A stretch of 40,799 nt of DNA from Bacteroidia bacterium (lineage in GTDB: Bacteria > Bacteroidota > Bacteroidia > UKL13-3): NCBI GenBank assembly GCA_044448845.1, contig JBIOHI010000001.1, positions 1 through 40,799 of the forward strand. The letters are read 5' to 3'. This document shows positions 1 through 9,293 of the stretch, piece by piece; position 1 is the stretch's first letter, and each line of letters opens with the position of its first letter. The translations under genes and the position numbers were made by a program. The notes beneath the pieces were generated by a model. The model saw only the letters and a program-made list of their open reading frames with translations. It was not told the DNA's origin and ran no database searches.

Positions 1-96
1 GTGTATGACCTGCCGGAAGCCCTGACACTCAGCAGGTATAAGGAGGCGTTCCGGCTCATCGTGGATTTCACAAATGCGTATTGCCAACAACCTTAA
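1..96 (+). CDS. 3' end of an unidentified CDS (partial, starts outside the window)
   Basis: Frame 1 is open from base 1 to TAA at 94-96 (VYDLPEALTLSRYKEAFRLIVDFTNAYCQQP*). No recognisable motif. By eye it is more GC-rich than the following spacer. Confidence 0.3.
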   Translation: MYDLPEALTLSRYKEAFRLIVDFTNAYCQQP

Positions 97-156
97 CATC
101 TTTTCTTGATTTTCTGATTCAAAATACCTAAACTTACCAAAAAATCGCTGCCGGTT

Positions 157-1686
157 ATGGCGTTGTTCGGCTCACTTCTCAACTGGTACCTCAAAAAACG
201 TGAACCCGTTATACGGAACTTCATGGAGAATCCGCATGAAGTTCAGGAAACACTTCTTAAAAATCTTATTGAAAAATCGAAGAACACCGAGTGGGGGAAA
301 AAATACGATTATAAAAGTATCGAAAGCCTAACTGATTTTAAGAATCGTGTTCCGGTTGGCAATTACGAAACACACAAACCTTATATCAACCGGTTGCTGC
401 GTGGCGAGCAAAATATCTTATGGCCGAGTGAAGTGAGATGGTTTGCCAAATCATCGGGAACCACAAGTTCTAAAAGCAAATTTATTCCCATTACCAACGA
501 AAGTTTGGACGAATGTCATTTCCAGGGAGGAAAAGATGCCGTTTTATTTTACCTGATGAATCATCCCGATTCGAATATTTTAAATGGAAAAGGTTTGATC
601 ATGGGCGGCAGCCACCAGGTGAACCGCTTTAATTTCGAGCAGAACTACTACGGAGATCTTTCTGCCGTGATGATGCAGAATCTTCCTTTCTGGGCGCATT
701 TCTTCCGGACACCCGACCTGGGTATTGCCTTGATGGATGACTGGGAAGAAAAAATTGAGAAGATGGCCAAGGCCACTGTTTTCGAAGAAGTGACAAGCAT
801 TTGCGGAGTACCTACCTGGACTTTGGTATTGATCGAAAAATTATTTGAACTCTCGGGCAAAAATAACCTGGCCGACATCTGGCCTGATCTCGAATTGTAT
901 ATTCATGGCGGAGTGAGTTTCACGCCATACCGTGAGAAATTCAGAAACCTGATCCGTTCTTCGAAAATGAATTATCTCGAAACGTACAATGCATCGGAAG
1001 GATTTCTCGGTATACAGGATATGGATGACAATGAAAACATGCTGCTGATGCTCGATTACGGAATTTATTATGAGTTTATGCCGATGCAGGAATACGGAAA
1101 AGAACATCCTGAAACCTTATCGCTCGAACAAATAGAACCGGGAGTTAATTATGCAATTGTGGTCTCGAGCAATTCCGGTTTGTGGAGATACGCCATCGGT
1201 GATACGGTTAAATTTTCAGAGGTCAAACCTTTCCGTTTCAAGATCACCGGCAGGACCAAACATTTTATCAATGCGTTCGGGGAAGAACTCGTCATCGAAA
1301 ATGCAGATCACGCTATTTCCAATGCCTGTAAAAAATTGAATGCCGACATCATAGATTACACGGCCGCACCGGTTTATTTCAGCAACCACCAGAAAGGGAT
1401 CGGGGCACATGAATGGCTGATCGAATTCGATCGCGAACCTTACAACATTGAACATTTTGTGATCGAGCTTGACCAGCAATTGAAGATCGTGAATTCGGAT
1501 TATGAAGCAAAAAGATTCAGGGACATGGCCATGACCAGGCCAATTGTTCATGTACTTCCCAGGGGAACTTTTAAGGACTGGTTGAAAAGATCAGGCAAGC
1601 TTGGAGGGCAGCATAAAGTTCCGCGTTTATCGAACAGCCGCCAATATGTAGATGAAATTTTGAAGATGAACCTAATGTCAATTTAG
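157..1686 (+). CDS. GH3 (auxin-responsive promoter) family protein, ANL-fold acyl-adenylate-forming enzyme homolog
   Basis: 509-aa ORF with ATG start. The P-loop-like 'FAKSSGTTSSKSKFIP' and the overall length and layout match the bacterial GH3 family common in Bacteroidota. Confidence 0.8.
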   Translation: MALFGSLLNWYLKKREPVIRNFMENPHEVQETLLKNLIEKSKNTEWGKKYDYKSIESLTDFKNRVPVGNYETHKPYINRLLRGEQNILWPSEVRWFAKSSGTTSSKSKFIPITNESLDECHFQGGKDAVLFYLMNHPDSNILNGKGLIMGGSHQVNRFNFEQNYYGDLSAVMMQNLPFWAHFFRTPDLGIALMDDWEEKIEKMAKATVFEEVTSICGVPTWTLVLIEKLFELSGKNNLADIWPDLELYIHGGVSFTPYREKFRNLIRSSKMNYLETYNASEGFLGIQDMDDNENMLLMLDYGIYYEFMPMQEYGKEHPETLSLEQIEPGVNYAIVVSSNSGLWRYAIGDTVKFSEVKPFRFKITGRTKHFINAFGEELVIENADHAISNACKKLNADIIDYTAAPVYFSNHQKGIGAHEWLIEFDREPYNIEHFVIELDQQLKIVNSDYEAKRFRDMAMTRPIVHVLPRGTFKDWLKRSGKLGGQHKVPRLSNSRQYVDEILKMNLMSI

Positions 1687-1693
1687 ATAATTA

Positions 1694-3568
1694 ATGAAAA
1701 TAAAACTTTTAATTCTTCTGTTTTTTAGTTCTGTTCTTACCGAAGTTTTTTCTCAAAACATCGAAATTCAAAAAGGCGATATACGCTTTGAATTCTTCCA
1801 GTTCAAAGATGCTGCAGCGGATTATGAAGCTGCTCTCAGATACAACAACCCCAAGGTGGAAACCTACTTGCTTGACCGGTTGGCACAGTGCTACAAATAT
1901 TCGTTCCAGTATAAAAAAGCGCAGGAATATTTTTCGAAACTGGTGAGGCTGGGAGATAAAAACACCAATCCCGAAGTGTACCTTGATTATGCCGCCATTT
2001 TAAAGATCAATGACGAATATACACATGCCAGGGAACAGTACATGTACTACTTCACTTTATTCCCGAATGATCCGTATGCGACCAAACAATTAAAAAGTCT
2101 TTCCTGGGCCGAAAGCCACAAAGATTCATCACGGAATTTTAAACTAACACTCACCAACCTTGATATAGATGGCCAGAGCCTCGGCTATTGTTTTTTCGAA
2201 AATGGTTTGGTTTACTCCACTCAAAGAAACAAGATCGGGAAAGGAAATCCGATCCTGATGTTCGATATTGACTATGCGGAAATGAAAGACTCGACTACAT
2301 TTACCGAAGGCGAAAGGTATTTTGACAGGATCGATTTCTCCACCAATGAAGGTTCTCCCAGCATCAGTGATGACGGTATGTTGATATATTTCAGTGCCAA
2401 CGCAGTGAAACTTAACAACCCGGTAAAAGTCAAACAGGTGGGGAATATCCAGATCAGTTCAGACGGGATTTCCAATATGAAAATTTATGTGGCCCGTTTC
2501 GAAAATGGAAAATTCATGAATCCCCAGGAACTGCCATTTAACGATAAAGAATATGATTGCATGCATCCTTGCATCGCGGATAACGGCAACACGCTGTATT
2601 TTGCTTCTGATATGCCGAAAGGTTATGGCGGTCTCGATCTGTATAAAGTTACACGCGGAGCCGATGGCAAATGGGGTAAGCCCGAAAACCTGGGACCGAA
2701 TGTGAATACTTCCGAAAATGAAATTTTTCCTTATGTAATGAACAATGTTTTGTTCTTCGCATCAAAAGGATTCAACGGATATGGAGGATACGATCTGTTC
2801 CAGGCGAAAATCCATATGGGTATTCCGACTGGTGCCGCGAATATGGGAAAACCGTTTAATTCCACCCGTGACGATGTTGCTTTTATTTGCCGGCCCGACG
2901 GAAGAAGCGGGTACTTCTCTTCCAACCGCGATAACACGGATGGTATCGATAAGGTATATTATTTCATTGATAATAATCTGCTGAACCAACTTGCCAACAA
3001 GGACCTGGCATCGAATGAAAAAACTTCCGTCACGGATAAACCTTTAGCTGCTGTAAAAATGGATGATCCTAAACAACCGTCAAAAGAAAATATTATCATT
3101 CAAAAGATAAATGATGGAACCCCGATCGTTGCGAACACCAGGAACGCAAAAGATAAAAAGGCCGACAGGAGAAACGGGCATTTTGATAATTCACCGATTT
3201 CTGATGAAGAACTGATGAAAGTTTCTTTCGAGAAAGTGAACTTTAAATTTAATGATGCAGCCATTCCGCCTTCTTCTTACTATGAATTGGATTCAGCCAT
3301 CCGGATCTCCAAAATAAGCAAGTCGGTGAAGATCGAGATCCATGCCTACACCGATTGTCGGGGAACCAGTGAATACAATCAGAAACTTTCGGAACGAAGG
3401 GCAGCCACCGCTAAAAATTATTTGCTGAAAAAAGGCGTTCCGGCTTCACGCATCGTCACACACGGATATGGCGAAACTCACCTGCTCAACAATTGTACAG
3501 ATGGAACAGAGTGCACCGAAGAACAGCATGCTGTAAACCGGAGGGTGGAGATCAGGATCGTGAAGTGA
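1694..3568 (+). CDS. OmpA-family outer-membrane/peptidoglycan-associated protein with TPR-like N-terminus and PD40/TolB-like repeats
   Basis: Signal peptide MKIKLLILLFFSSVLTEVFSQ. Repeated '...LYFASD..GYGGLDLY' and 'GYGGYDLF' modules. C-terminal OmpA-like domain 'AYTDCRGTSEYNQKLSERRAATAKNYLLKKGV...HGYGE...NRRVEI'. Confidence 0.85.
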   Translation: MKIKLLILLFFSSVLTEVFSQNIEIQKGDIRFEFFQFKDAAADYEAALRYNNPKVETYLLDRLAQCYKYSFQYKKAQEYFSKLVRLGDKNTNPEVYLDYAAILKINDEYTHAREQYMYYFTLFPNDPYATKQLKSLSWAESHKDSSRNFKLTLTNLDIDGQSLGYCFFENGLVYSTQRNKIGKGNPILMFDIDYAEMKDSTTFTEGERYFDRIDFSTNEGSPSISDDGMLIYFSANAVKLNNPVKVKQVGNIQISSDGISNMKIYVARFENGKFMNPQELPFNDKEYDCMHPCIADNGNTLYFASDMPKGYGGLDLYKVTRGADGKWGKPENLGPNVNTSENEIFPYVMNNVLFFASKGFNGYGGYDLFQAKIHMGIPTGAANMGKPFNSTRDDVAFICRPDGRSGYFSSNRDNTDGIDKVYYFIDNNLLNQLANKDLASNEKTSVTDKPLAAVKMDDPKQPSKENIIIQKINDGTPIVANTRNAKDKKADRRNGHFDNSPISDEELMKVSFEKVNFKFNDAAIPPSSYYELDSAIRISKISKSVKIEIHAYTDCRGTSEYNQKLSERRAATAKNYLLKKGVPASRIVTHGYGETHLLNNCTDGTECTEEQHAVNRRVEIRIVK

Positions 3569-3570
3569 GT

Positions 3571-4542
3571 TTAATGATTCCGGTCAATAATATATTCCAC
3601 CAGCATCTTCAGGTTTTTTGCAGAACCATTATTTGAGACCGAATCGAGAATTACAAGCGCTTCGTTCTTGTAATCTTCCATTTTCTTTTTCGCGTAATCA
3701 ATTCCTCCGTACTCGTGAACCAAACGGATCACATCGGCAACACGCTTTTTATCCGTATTGTATTTTTTAATGGAATTGATCAGGTAGCTGCGTGTGGTTT
3801 TATCCGCGTGGTTAATGGTATGAATAACAGGCAGCGTTAATTTTTTTTCCTTCAGGTCGATACCGGTTGGTTTTCCAATATCGTCATCGCCATAATCGAG
3901 GAGGTCGTCCTTGATCTGGAATGCCACCCCGATCTTTTCACCGAACAGTTTCATCTTTTCCGTTTCTTCGATAGTTGCACCGGATGAAGCAGCGCCAATG
4001 GCACAGCAGGAAGAAATAAGAGATGCTGTTTTTTTACGGATGATATCAAAATAAACTTCTTCGGATAAATTCAGGTTCCGTGTTTTTTCTATCTGCAGCA
4101 GTTCTCCTTCGCTCATTGCGCGAACCGCATCACTTACGATCTCGAGCAGGAGAAAATCTTTGTTTTTTACCGCGAGCAGCAAACCACGCGAAAGCAAATA
4201 ATCGCCAACCAGCACCGCAATCTTATTTTTCCATAACGCATTGATGGAAAAAAATCCTCTCCGTTCATCGCTGTCGTCCACCACGTCATCATGTACTAAA
4301 GTTGCGGTGTGAAGCAATTCCACCAGGCTCGCCCCGCGGTAAGTTGATTCATTCACCCCGCTGAAAACCTGTGCCGATAAAAAAACGAACATCGGGCGAA
4401 CCTGCTTGCCTTTGCGCTTCACGATGTACGTCATGATCGTGTCCAGCAACGGAACCGAACTTTTCATCGCTTCGCGAAACTTCGATTCGAACAGTTCGAG
4501 TTCCTTTTCAATCGGTTGCTTTATCTTATCAAGCTGGCTCAC
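3571..4542 (-). CDS. Polyprenyl diphosphate synthase (IspB/octaprenyl-type trans-prenyltransferase family)
   Basis: Two aspartate-rich motifs, 'LVHDDVVDDSDERRG' and 'FQIKDDLLDY'. The longest ORF starts at TTG 4602, but a GTG at 4542 gives M-SQLDKIKQPIEKELE..., the usual N-terminus and length (~323 aa) for this family. The start is uncertain (4542 vs 4602). Confidence 0.85.
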   Translation of the reverse strand: MSQLDKIKQPIEKELELFESKFREAMKSSVPLLDTIMTYIVKRKGKQVRPMFVFLSAQVFSGVNESTYRGASLVELLHTATLVHDDVVDDSDERRGFFSINALWKNKIAVLVGDYLLSRGLLLAVKNKDFLLLEIVSDAVRAMSEGELLQIEKTRNLNLSEEVYFDIIRKKTASLISSCCAIGAASSGATIEETEKMKLFGEKIGVAFQIKDDLLDYGDDDIGKPTGIDLKEKKLTLPVIHTINHADKTTRSYLINSIKKYNTDKKRVADVIRLVHEYGGIDYAKKKMEDYKNEALVILDSVSNNGSAKNLKMLVEYIIDRNH

Positions 4543-4625
4543 TTCATTTTTATATCTGCACAAATAAAAGGAATTTGAATGAGAAATAAAGTTTGTTACC
4601 AATTTGTGAAAGCCGATAATTAAGT

Positions 4626-4633
4626 TATTTTTG
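4626..4633 (+). promoter_or_regulatory. TAnnTTTG (-7) motif upstream of the lipoprotein gene
   Basis: TATTTTTG ends 8 nt before ATG 4642. Confidence 0.3.
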
Positions 4634-4641
4634 AATGAGAA

Positions 4642-5865
4642 ATGAAAACAACATCAATCATATTTTTCATTTTCGGTCTTTCGCTTTGTTTCAACACATG
4701 CAAAAAGGAAACGACACCGGATAATTCAACCAATACCTCCAACGGGGTTTCCAAATCGAAGATCACGGGTAAAAGTCAGAAAGGGCCATTCATCAACGGC
4801 TCAACTGTTACTTTGTATGAAGTGGATCCCGCATTGAATCAAACAGGAAAATCTTTTGTCGGACAAATATTAGATAACACCGGTTTTTTTCAGCTTTCAT
4901 CCATTTCTTTAATTTCATCATTTGCCGAATTTAAAGCGGATGGATTTTATTTTAATGAAGTAACCGGGAATGCATCTGTTGCCCCGATTACTTTATATGC
5001 AGTGACCGATTTGACCGCCAAATCCCAGGTGAACATAAACGTTCTTTCCCATCTCGAAATGCAGCGGGTTCAGTTTCTATTGCCCTCAATCGGTTTCGCT
5101 GCTGCGAAAGTCCAGGCACGAAGTGAGATTCTGAATATTTTCGGGATTACAAAACCAACCATAGGCGAATTTGAAACCTTGGATATTGCCGATACTACCG
5201 ATGATGATGCCATTTTACTCGCGATCTCCGCCATCCTCCTGGGACATCGAACCGAATCTCAATTAAGCCAGTTGCTCAGTGATATTATAACGGATATCAG
5301 AACCGATGGAATTTTAAACAGTTCATCAACAGGTACGGCACTTATCAATGATGCGAAATATCTTGATACCGCAGCCATTGCCAATAACATTCGAACACGC
5401 TATGCTTCCTTTGGAATGACTGTTAGCGTACCAAACTTTGGAAAATATATTTACCAATTTATTAATACCTCATCTTATACTTTTACAAATAGAATTCAAT
5501 ATCCGGTGATCTACAATGGAAGAATAAATATTTTATCTGATAGTCTTCCATCATCCGGCAATAATGGTTTTGATTATACAACTTCTGCCTTCATTCCATT
5601 AGGAGGTAAACTTAGGATAGTGTTCAAATCAACAACTGGAAATTACAGTGACCTTCCCGGATTTCAGGTTATGCCTAATCCACCTAAATATTGGACTTTA
5701 ATTCAATACACTAATGCAGACAGTTGTGCATTAGAAGCAACTGGTATGAATGATTATGCAGAAGCAATCACCGCATTGACCGGACAAAAATATATTGTTG
5801 ATATTTATGAAAATCAAAATAATCCATTGATGTATCGATACAAAAGGAAAATAATTTATCCTTAA
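4642..5865 (+). CDS. Hypothetical lipoprotein (N-terminal beta-sandwich-like region, function unknown)
   Basis: Signal peptide with Cys, followed by a polar low-complexity linker (MKTTSIIFFIFGLSLCFNTC-KKETTPDNSTNTSNG). ATG start preceded by a TAnnTTTG motif. No catalytic motif recognised. Confidence 0.6.
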   Translation: MKTTSIIFFIFGLSLCFNTCKKETTPDNSTNTSNGVSKSKITGKSQKGPFINGSTVTLYEVDPALNQTGKSFVGQILDNTGFFQLSSISLISSFAEFKADGFYFNEVTGNASVAPITLYAVTDLTAKSQVNINVLSHLEMQRVQFLLPSIGFAAAKVQARSEILNIFGITKPTIGEFETLDIADTTDDDAILLAISAILLGHRTESQLSQLLSDIITDIRTDGILNSSSTGTALINDAKYLDTAAIANNIRTRYASFGMTVSVPNFGKYIYQFINTSSYTFTNRIQYPVIYNGRINILSDSLPSSGNNGFDYTTSAFIPLGGKLRIVFKSTTGNYSDLPGFQVMPNPPKYWTLIQYTNADSCALEATGMNDYAEAITALTGQKYIVDIYENQNNPLMYRYKRKIIYP

Positions 5866-5887
5866 AATATTATAGACTCCATTGCAG

Positions 5888-5915
5888 GCAGAAACAATTT
5901 TGCTTCCGCTTTTTT
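5888..5915 (+). terminator. Weak candidate intrinsic terminator after the lipoprotein gene
   Basis: GCAGAA...TTCCGC (5 of 6 pairs) followed by TTTTTT. Confidence 0.25.
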
Positions 5916-5942
5916 ATTTTATAAAATTATATTCGTGCCTTC

Positions 5943-7304
5943 ATGGCAAAAACCCAAACAACATTTTTTTGTAAGAACTGCGGAGCCTCTGCTTCCAAAT
6001 GGATAGGTAAATGCCCAAGCTGCGGAGAATGGAACACCTATGTGGAAGAAGTGATCCACAAAGAAAAAAGTGAAAAGACCTGGAAGAAAAAAGGGATCAC
6101 CAAAACACTGAAACCGGTTTTGATAGATGCGGTGGAAAAAGGAAACGAACAACGTTTCAAAATTTCGGATGCTGAATTCACCCGTGTGCTTGGAGGAGGA
6201 ATAGTTCCCGGAAGTGTGGTACTCATCGGTGGTGAACCGGGCATCGGTAAATCTACGTTGATGTTACAGGTGGCATTGCAGTTCACCGATAAAAAAGTGT
6301 TGTATATATCAGGTGAAGAAAGCGATGCGCAGATAAAAATGCGAGCCGAACGTTTGCCTTTCAATAATCCAAATTGTTATTTATTCACGGAAGTTTCTAC
6401 CCAAAAAATTGGAAAAGCCTTGCAGGAACTCGAACCGGATATCGTGATCGTTGATTCCATTCAAACATTGCAAAGTGAATTGATCGATTCCACTCCCGGA
6501 AGCATTTCACAAATAAAAGAAACTGCCGGAGACCTGATCCGTTTTGCTAAAGAAACAGGAACACCTGTTTTTCTCATCGGTCATATTACCAAAGACGGAA
6601 CACTTGCAGGACCTAAATTACTGGAACACATGGTGGACACTGTTTTGCAATTCGAAGGCGACCGTCATCATGTTTACCGGATTCTTCGCACTACAAAAAA
6701 CCGGTTCGGCTCAACGAGTGAAATTGGAATTTACGAAATGCAAAATTCGGGTTTGCGCGAGGTTTCCAATCCATCCGAAATTTTGATTTCGCAACGCGAA
6801 GAAGCACTGAGCGGTGTGGCGATCTCGGCAACCATCGAAGGAATGCGTCCTTTGCTCATAGAAACACAGGCGCTGGTGAGCACGGCTGTTTACGGTACTC
6901 CGCAACGAAATTCAAACGGTTTTGATACGCGAAGGTTGAACATGCTGCTTGCCATTCTCGAAAAAAAATGTGGCCTGAAAATGGGAATGCAGGATGTGTT
7001 TGTGAATATCGCGGGCGGCCTGCGCATAGAAGATCCTGGGGTTGATCTCGGAATTATTTCAGCCATTGTTTCGAGTTACCAGAATGCCATCATCGACAGC
7101 GAAATCTGTTTTGTCGGTGAAGTTGGATTAAGCGGGGAAATTCGTGCGGTGAACCGCGTGGAACAACGGATCGCTGAAGCCGAGAAACTTGGATTTAAAA
7201 CCGTTTATGTTTCGCGTTTCAATAAAATTCCCAAATCAAATAACAAAATAAAAATTGTGGAAGTAGGAAAATTGGATGCGATGCTGGAGTTATTGTTTGG
7301 GTAA
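5943..7304 (+). CDS. radA: DNA repair protein RadA/Sms
   Basis: N-terminal zinc ribbon 'FFCKNCGASASKWIGKCPSCGEWNT', Walker A 'GGEPGIGKST', the RadA-specific 'KNRFG' motif, and a Lon-like C-terminal domain. Confidence 0.95.
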   Translation: MAKTQTTFFCKNCGASASKWIGKCPSCGEWNTYVEEVIHKEKSEKTWKKKGITKTLKPVLIDAVEKGNEQRFKISDAEFTRVLGGGIVPGSVVLIGGEPGIGKSTLMLQVALQFTDKKVLYISGEESDAQIKMRAERLPFNNPNCYLFTEVSTQKIGKALQELEPDIVIVDSIQTLQSELIDSTPGSISQIKETAGDLIRFAKETGTPVFLIGHITKDGTLAGPKLLEHMVDTVLQFEGDRHHVYRILRTTKNRFGSTSEIGIYEMQNSGLREVSNPSEILISQREEALSGVAISATIEGMRPLLIETQALVSTAVYGTPQRNSNGFDTRRLNMLLAILEKKCGLKMGMQDVFVNIAGGLRIEDPGVDLGIISAIVSSYQNAIIDSEICFVGEVGLSGEIRAVNRVEQRIAEAEKLGFKTVYVSRFNKIPKSNNKIKIVEVGKLDAMLELLFG

Positions 7305-7313
7305 AAAATACTA

Positions 7314-7344
7314 TTTCACATTTTGCGTTTCGCATTTTGTGAAA
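7314..7344 (+). repeat. 31-nt hairpin-forming element, copy 1 (TTTCAC-ATTTTGCGTTTCGCATTTT-GTGAAA)
   Basis: Starts 9 nt after the radA stop. Nearly identical to 8489-8519. Outer 6-bp stem plus inner GCG/CGC stem. Confidence 0.8.
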
Positions 7345-7352
7345 TATATTTG
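7345..7352 (+). promoter_or_regulatory. TAnnTTTG (-7) motif upstream of the ATPase gene
   Basis: TATATTTG ends 5 nt before ATG 7358. It immediately follows hairpin element copy 1. Confidence 0.3.
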
Positions 7353-7357
7353 CACTC

Positions 7358-8485
7358 ATGAATATTCGATCAAATCCATTTCTCGTCAGCGGGTACCACT
7401 CCCCTGAATATTTCTGCGACCGTAAAACAGAGACCGACAAGATACGGTCCGCACTTATCAATGGTAGAAATATAACCTTGATCTCCAACCGGAGAATCGG
7501 TAAGACTGCCCTGATCGAGCATGTTTTCAACCGGTTTCGCGGAAAGTCAACTGCGGGATTCATCCATATTGATATTTATCCAACACAAAATCTCACCGAT
7601 TTTCTGAGCACCCTGGGTAAAGGTATTTTCAAATCGGGCGGAAGTAAAACGGCAAAGCTTATGGATACGTTAACGCGGTTTTTCAGCAGCATCGGAGCCA
7701 ATATTGTTTACGATTCCGTAAGTGGTCAACCTTCCTTTGAACTGAAATACCATGACCCGAAACGAACGGCAAAATCCATCGACCAATTATTCGATTTTCT
7801 TGAAAAGTCAGGAAAGCAATATTACATCGCCCTTGATGAATTCCAGCAGATCAGCAATTACCCGGAGAAAAATGTGGAAGCGTTACTTCGTAGTAAAATT
7901 CAGCATCTGAAGAATGTCCATTTTATTTTTTCGGGCAGCCACAAACATGTCCTCATTTCCATGTTCTCCGATTACAAGCGCCCTTTCTACCAAAGCACCG
8001 ACCTGTTATTCCTGGATATCATTGATCCCAAGATCTATGAAGAATTCATATTCCTACATTTCAGAAATGCACGAAGGCAAATAAAACACGAAAGCATCCA
8101 ATTGATCCTGAACTGGTGCCGCAATCACACGTATTACGTGCAATACGTGTGTAACCGCCTGTTCGCGAAAGTCCTTTCAAAAATTGATGACACGGAAGTG
8201 AATGCGGTCTTTAACGAAGTACTCGAAGAATCAAAAGCCACCTATTTCAATTACCGCAACCTGCTAACCGATGCGCAATGGAATCTCCTCCGCGCCATAG
8301 CGAACGAAGAACACGCGGCCATGCCCACTTCGTTTGAATTCATGAAACGGTATAACCTGGGGGCTCCCAGTACCATCAACCGTTCGTTAAATGCACTACT
8401 TGATAAGGAAATGATTTTGAAAGGTGAGAACGGATATATAGTTTATGACGTATTCTTTTCGCGATGGTTGGAGAGGCTTCAATAA
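7358..8485 (+). CDS. AAA-type ATP-binding protein (archaeal-ATPase/PF01637-like with DUF234-like C-terminal winged-helix region)
   Basis: N-terminus 'NPFLVSGYHSPEYFCDRKTETDKIRSAL..GRNITLISNRRIGKTALI' (Walker A-like GKT). 'YIALDEFQ' serves as Walker B. Size of 375 aa is typical of this family. Confidence 0.7.
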   Translation: MNIRSNPFLVSGYHSPEYFCDRKTETDKIRSALINGRNITLISNRRIGKTALIEHVFNRFRGKSTAGFIHIDIYPTQNLTDFLSTLGKGIFKSGGSKTAKLMDTLTRFFSSIGANIVYDSVSGQPSFELKYHDPKRTAKSIDQLFDFLEKSGKQYYIALDEFQQISNYPEKNVEALLRSKIQHLKNVHFIFSGSHKHVLISMFSDYKRPFYQSTDLLFLDIIDPKIYEEFIFLHFRNARRQIKHESIQLILNWCRNHTYYVQYVCNRLFAKVLSKIDDTEVNAVFNEVLEESKATYFNYRNLLTDAQWNLLRAIANEEHAAMPTSFEFMKRYNLGAPSTINRSLNALLDKEMILKGENGYIVYDVFFSRWLERLQ

Positions 8486-8488
8486 TTT

Positions 8489-8519
8489 TTCGCATTTTGC
8501 GTTTCGCATTTTGCGAAAT
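8489..8519 (+). repeat. 31-nt hairpin-forming element, copy 2 (TTTCGC-ATTTTGCGTTTCGCATTTT-GCGAAA)
   Basis: Starts 3 nt after the ATPase stop. It differs from copy 1 at two positions that pair with each other (A..T in copy 1, G..C in copy 2). Confidence 0.8.
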
Positions 8520-8599
8520 TATTTCGGTTCGGAGTAAAAAACGTTCACATTAAAATAAGTGCTTCATTCCTTTTAAAAATAAAATACTGCATCTCATTA

Positions 8600-9244
8600 T
8601 TAATTTACGATGTTTTGAAATTTTGCATCCTGGTATTTTTTTTCAGTCACTAAGGTCTTCATTTTTGAGATCGTGTAAAAAGGTCCGTCAATCAAAAACA
8701 TATTGGTCAACCAATCAGGAATGGGAGATCCGGGATCAAGATAAAGGCAATATTCACCTGAAACACTCCCGTCTTTTTTCAGGGAAAATTTCCAATATCC
8801 CCGTAATTCCGGTATCCTCACATTTCCTTCCACCAAAGGTTTTATTCCTTGAATTCCCATTGCTTCAATGATGACTGTTTTGGATCTTTTATCTTGTTTT
8901 ATTTTATACAGGATGACCACATCACGGTTTGACATTGGCCATGGAACGTAGGTCTCCTGGTAAAAGGTGATCTCACTGTCGCCCCGAGAACTTACTATAT
9001 ATGCCTGTTTGCAATGATGAACATAATCCGGTGTGGCCGGAATATCTTTTACGATGGCAACCAATCCTGACAAATTGGAATGAAAGCTGGTGACGGCTTT
9101 TAGTTCTTTGAAACCTGAACCCTGAACTTCCCTCGCATAAATTGCAATGTCATTTTCATATTTCTTCAGTTGCCATTCAAAAGGGTTATCAACGGTAACA
9201 ACACCAAAACTAATGGCCAAACAAAACAAAACAAATCGGATCAT
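8600..9244 (-). CDS. START/SRPBCC-superfamily lipid-binding domain protein (secreted)
   Basis: The longest ORF starts at TTG 9256. The ATG at 9244 gives a signal peptide MIRFVLFCLAISFGVV. The body ('FEWQLKKYENDIAIYAREV..GFKELKAVT...SNRDVV...WKF...IPDWLTNMF') resembles START-domain proteins. Confidence 0.6.
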   Translation of the reverse strand: MIRFVLFCLAISFGVVTVDNPFEWQLKKYENDIAIYAREVQGSGFKELKAVTSFHSNLSGLVAIVKDIPATPDYVHHCKQAYIVSSRGDSEITFYQETYVPWPMSNRDVVILYKIKQDKRSKTVIIEAMGIQGIKPLVEGNVRIPELRGYWKFSLKKDGSVSGEYCLYLDPGSPIPDWLTNMFLIDGPFYTISKMKTLVTEKKYQDAKFQNIVN

Positions 9245-9293
9245 GATCACTTGCAAAATTTATTTCCCGAAACTAAAGATTTTAACACAACTT

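Noticed and set aside
1-96. GC-richer first ~100 nt as a sign of foreign DNA
   Set aside because: It is only the tail of a coding region and is too short to separate a compositional difference from normal coding-versus-spacer contrast.
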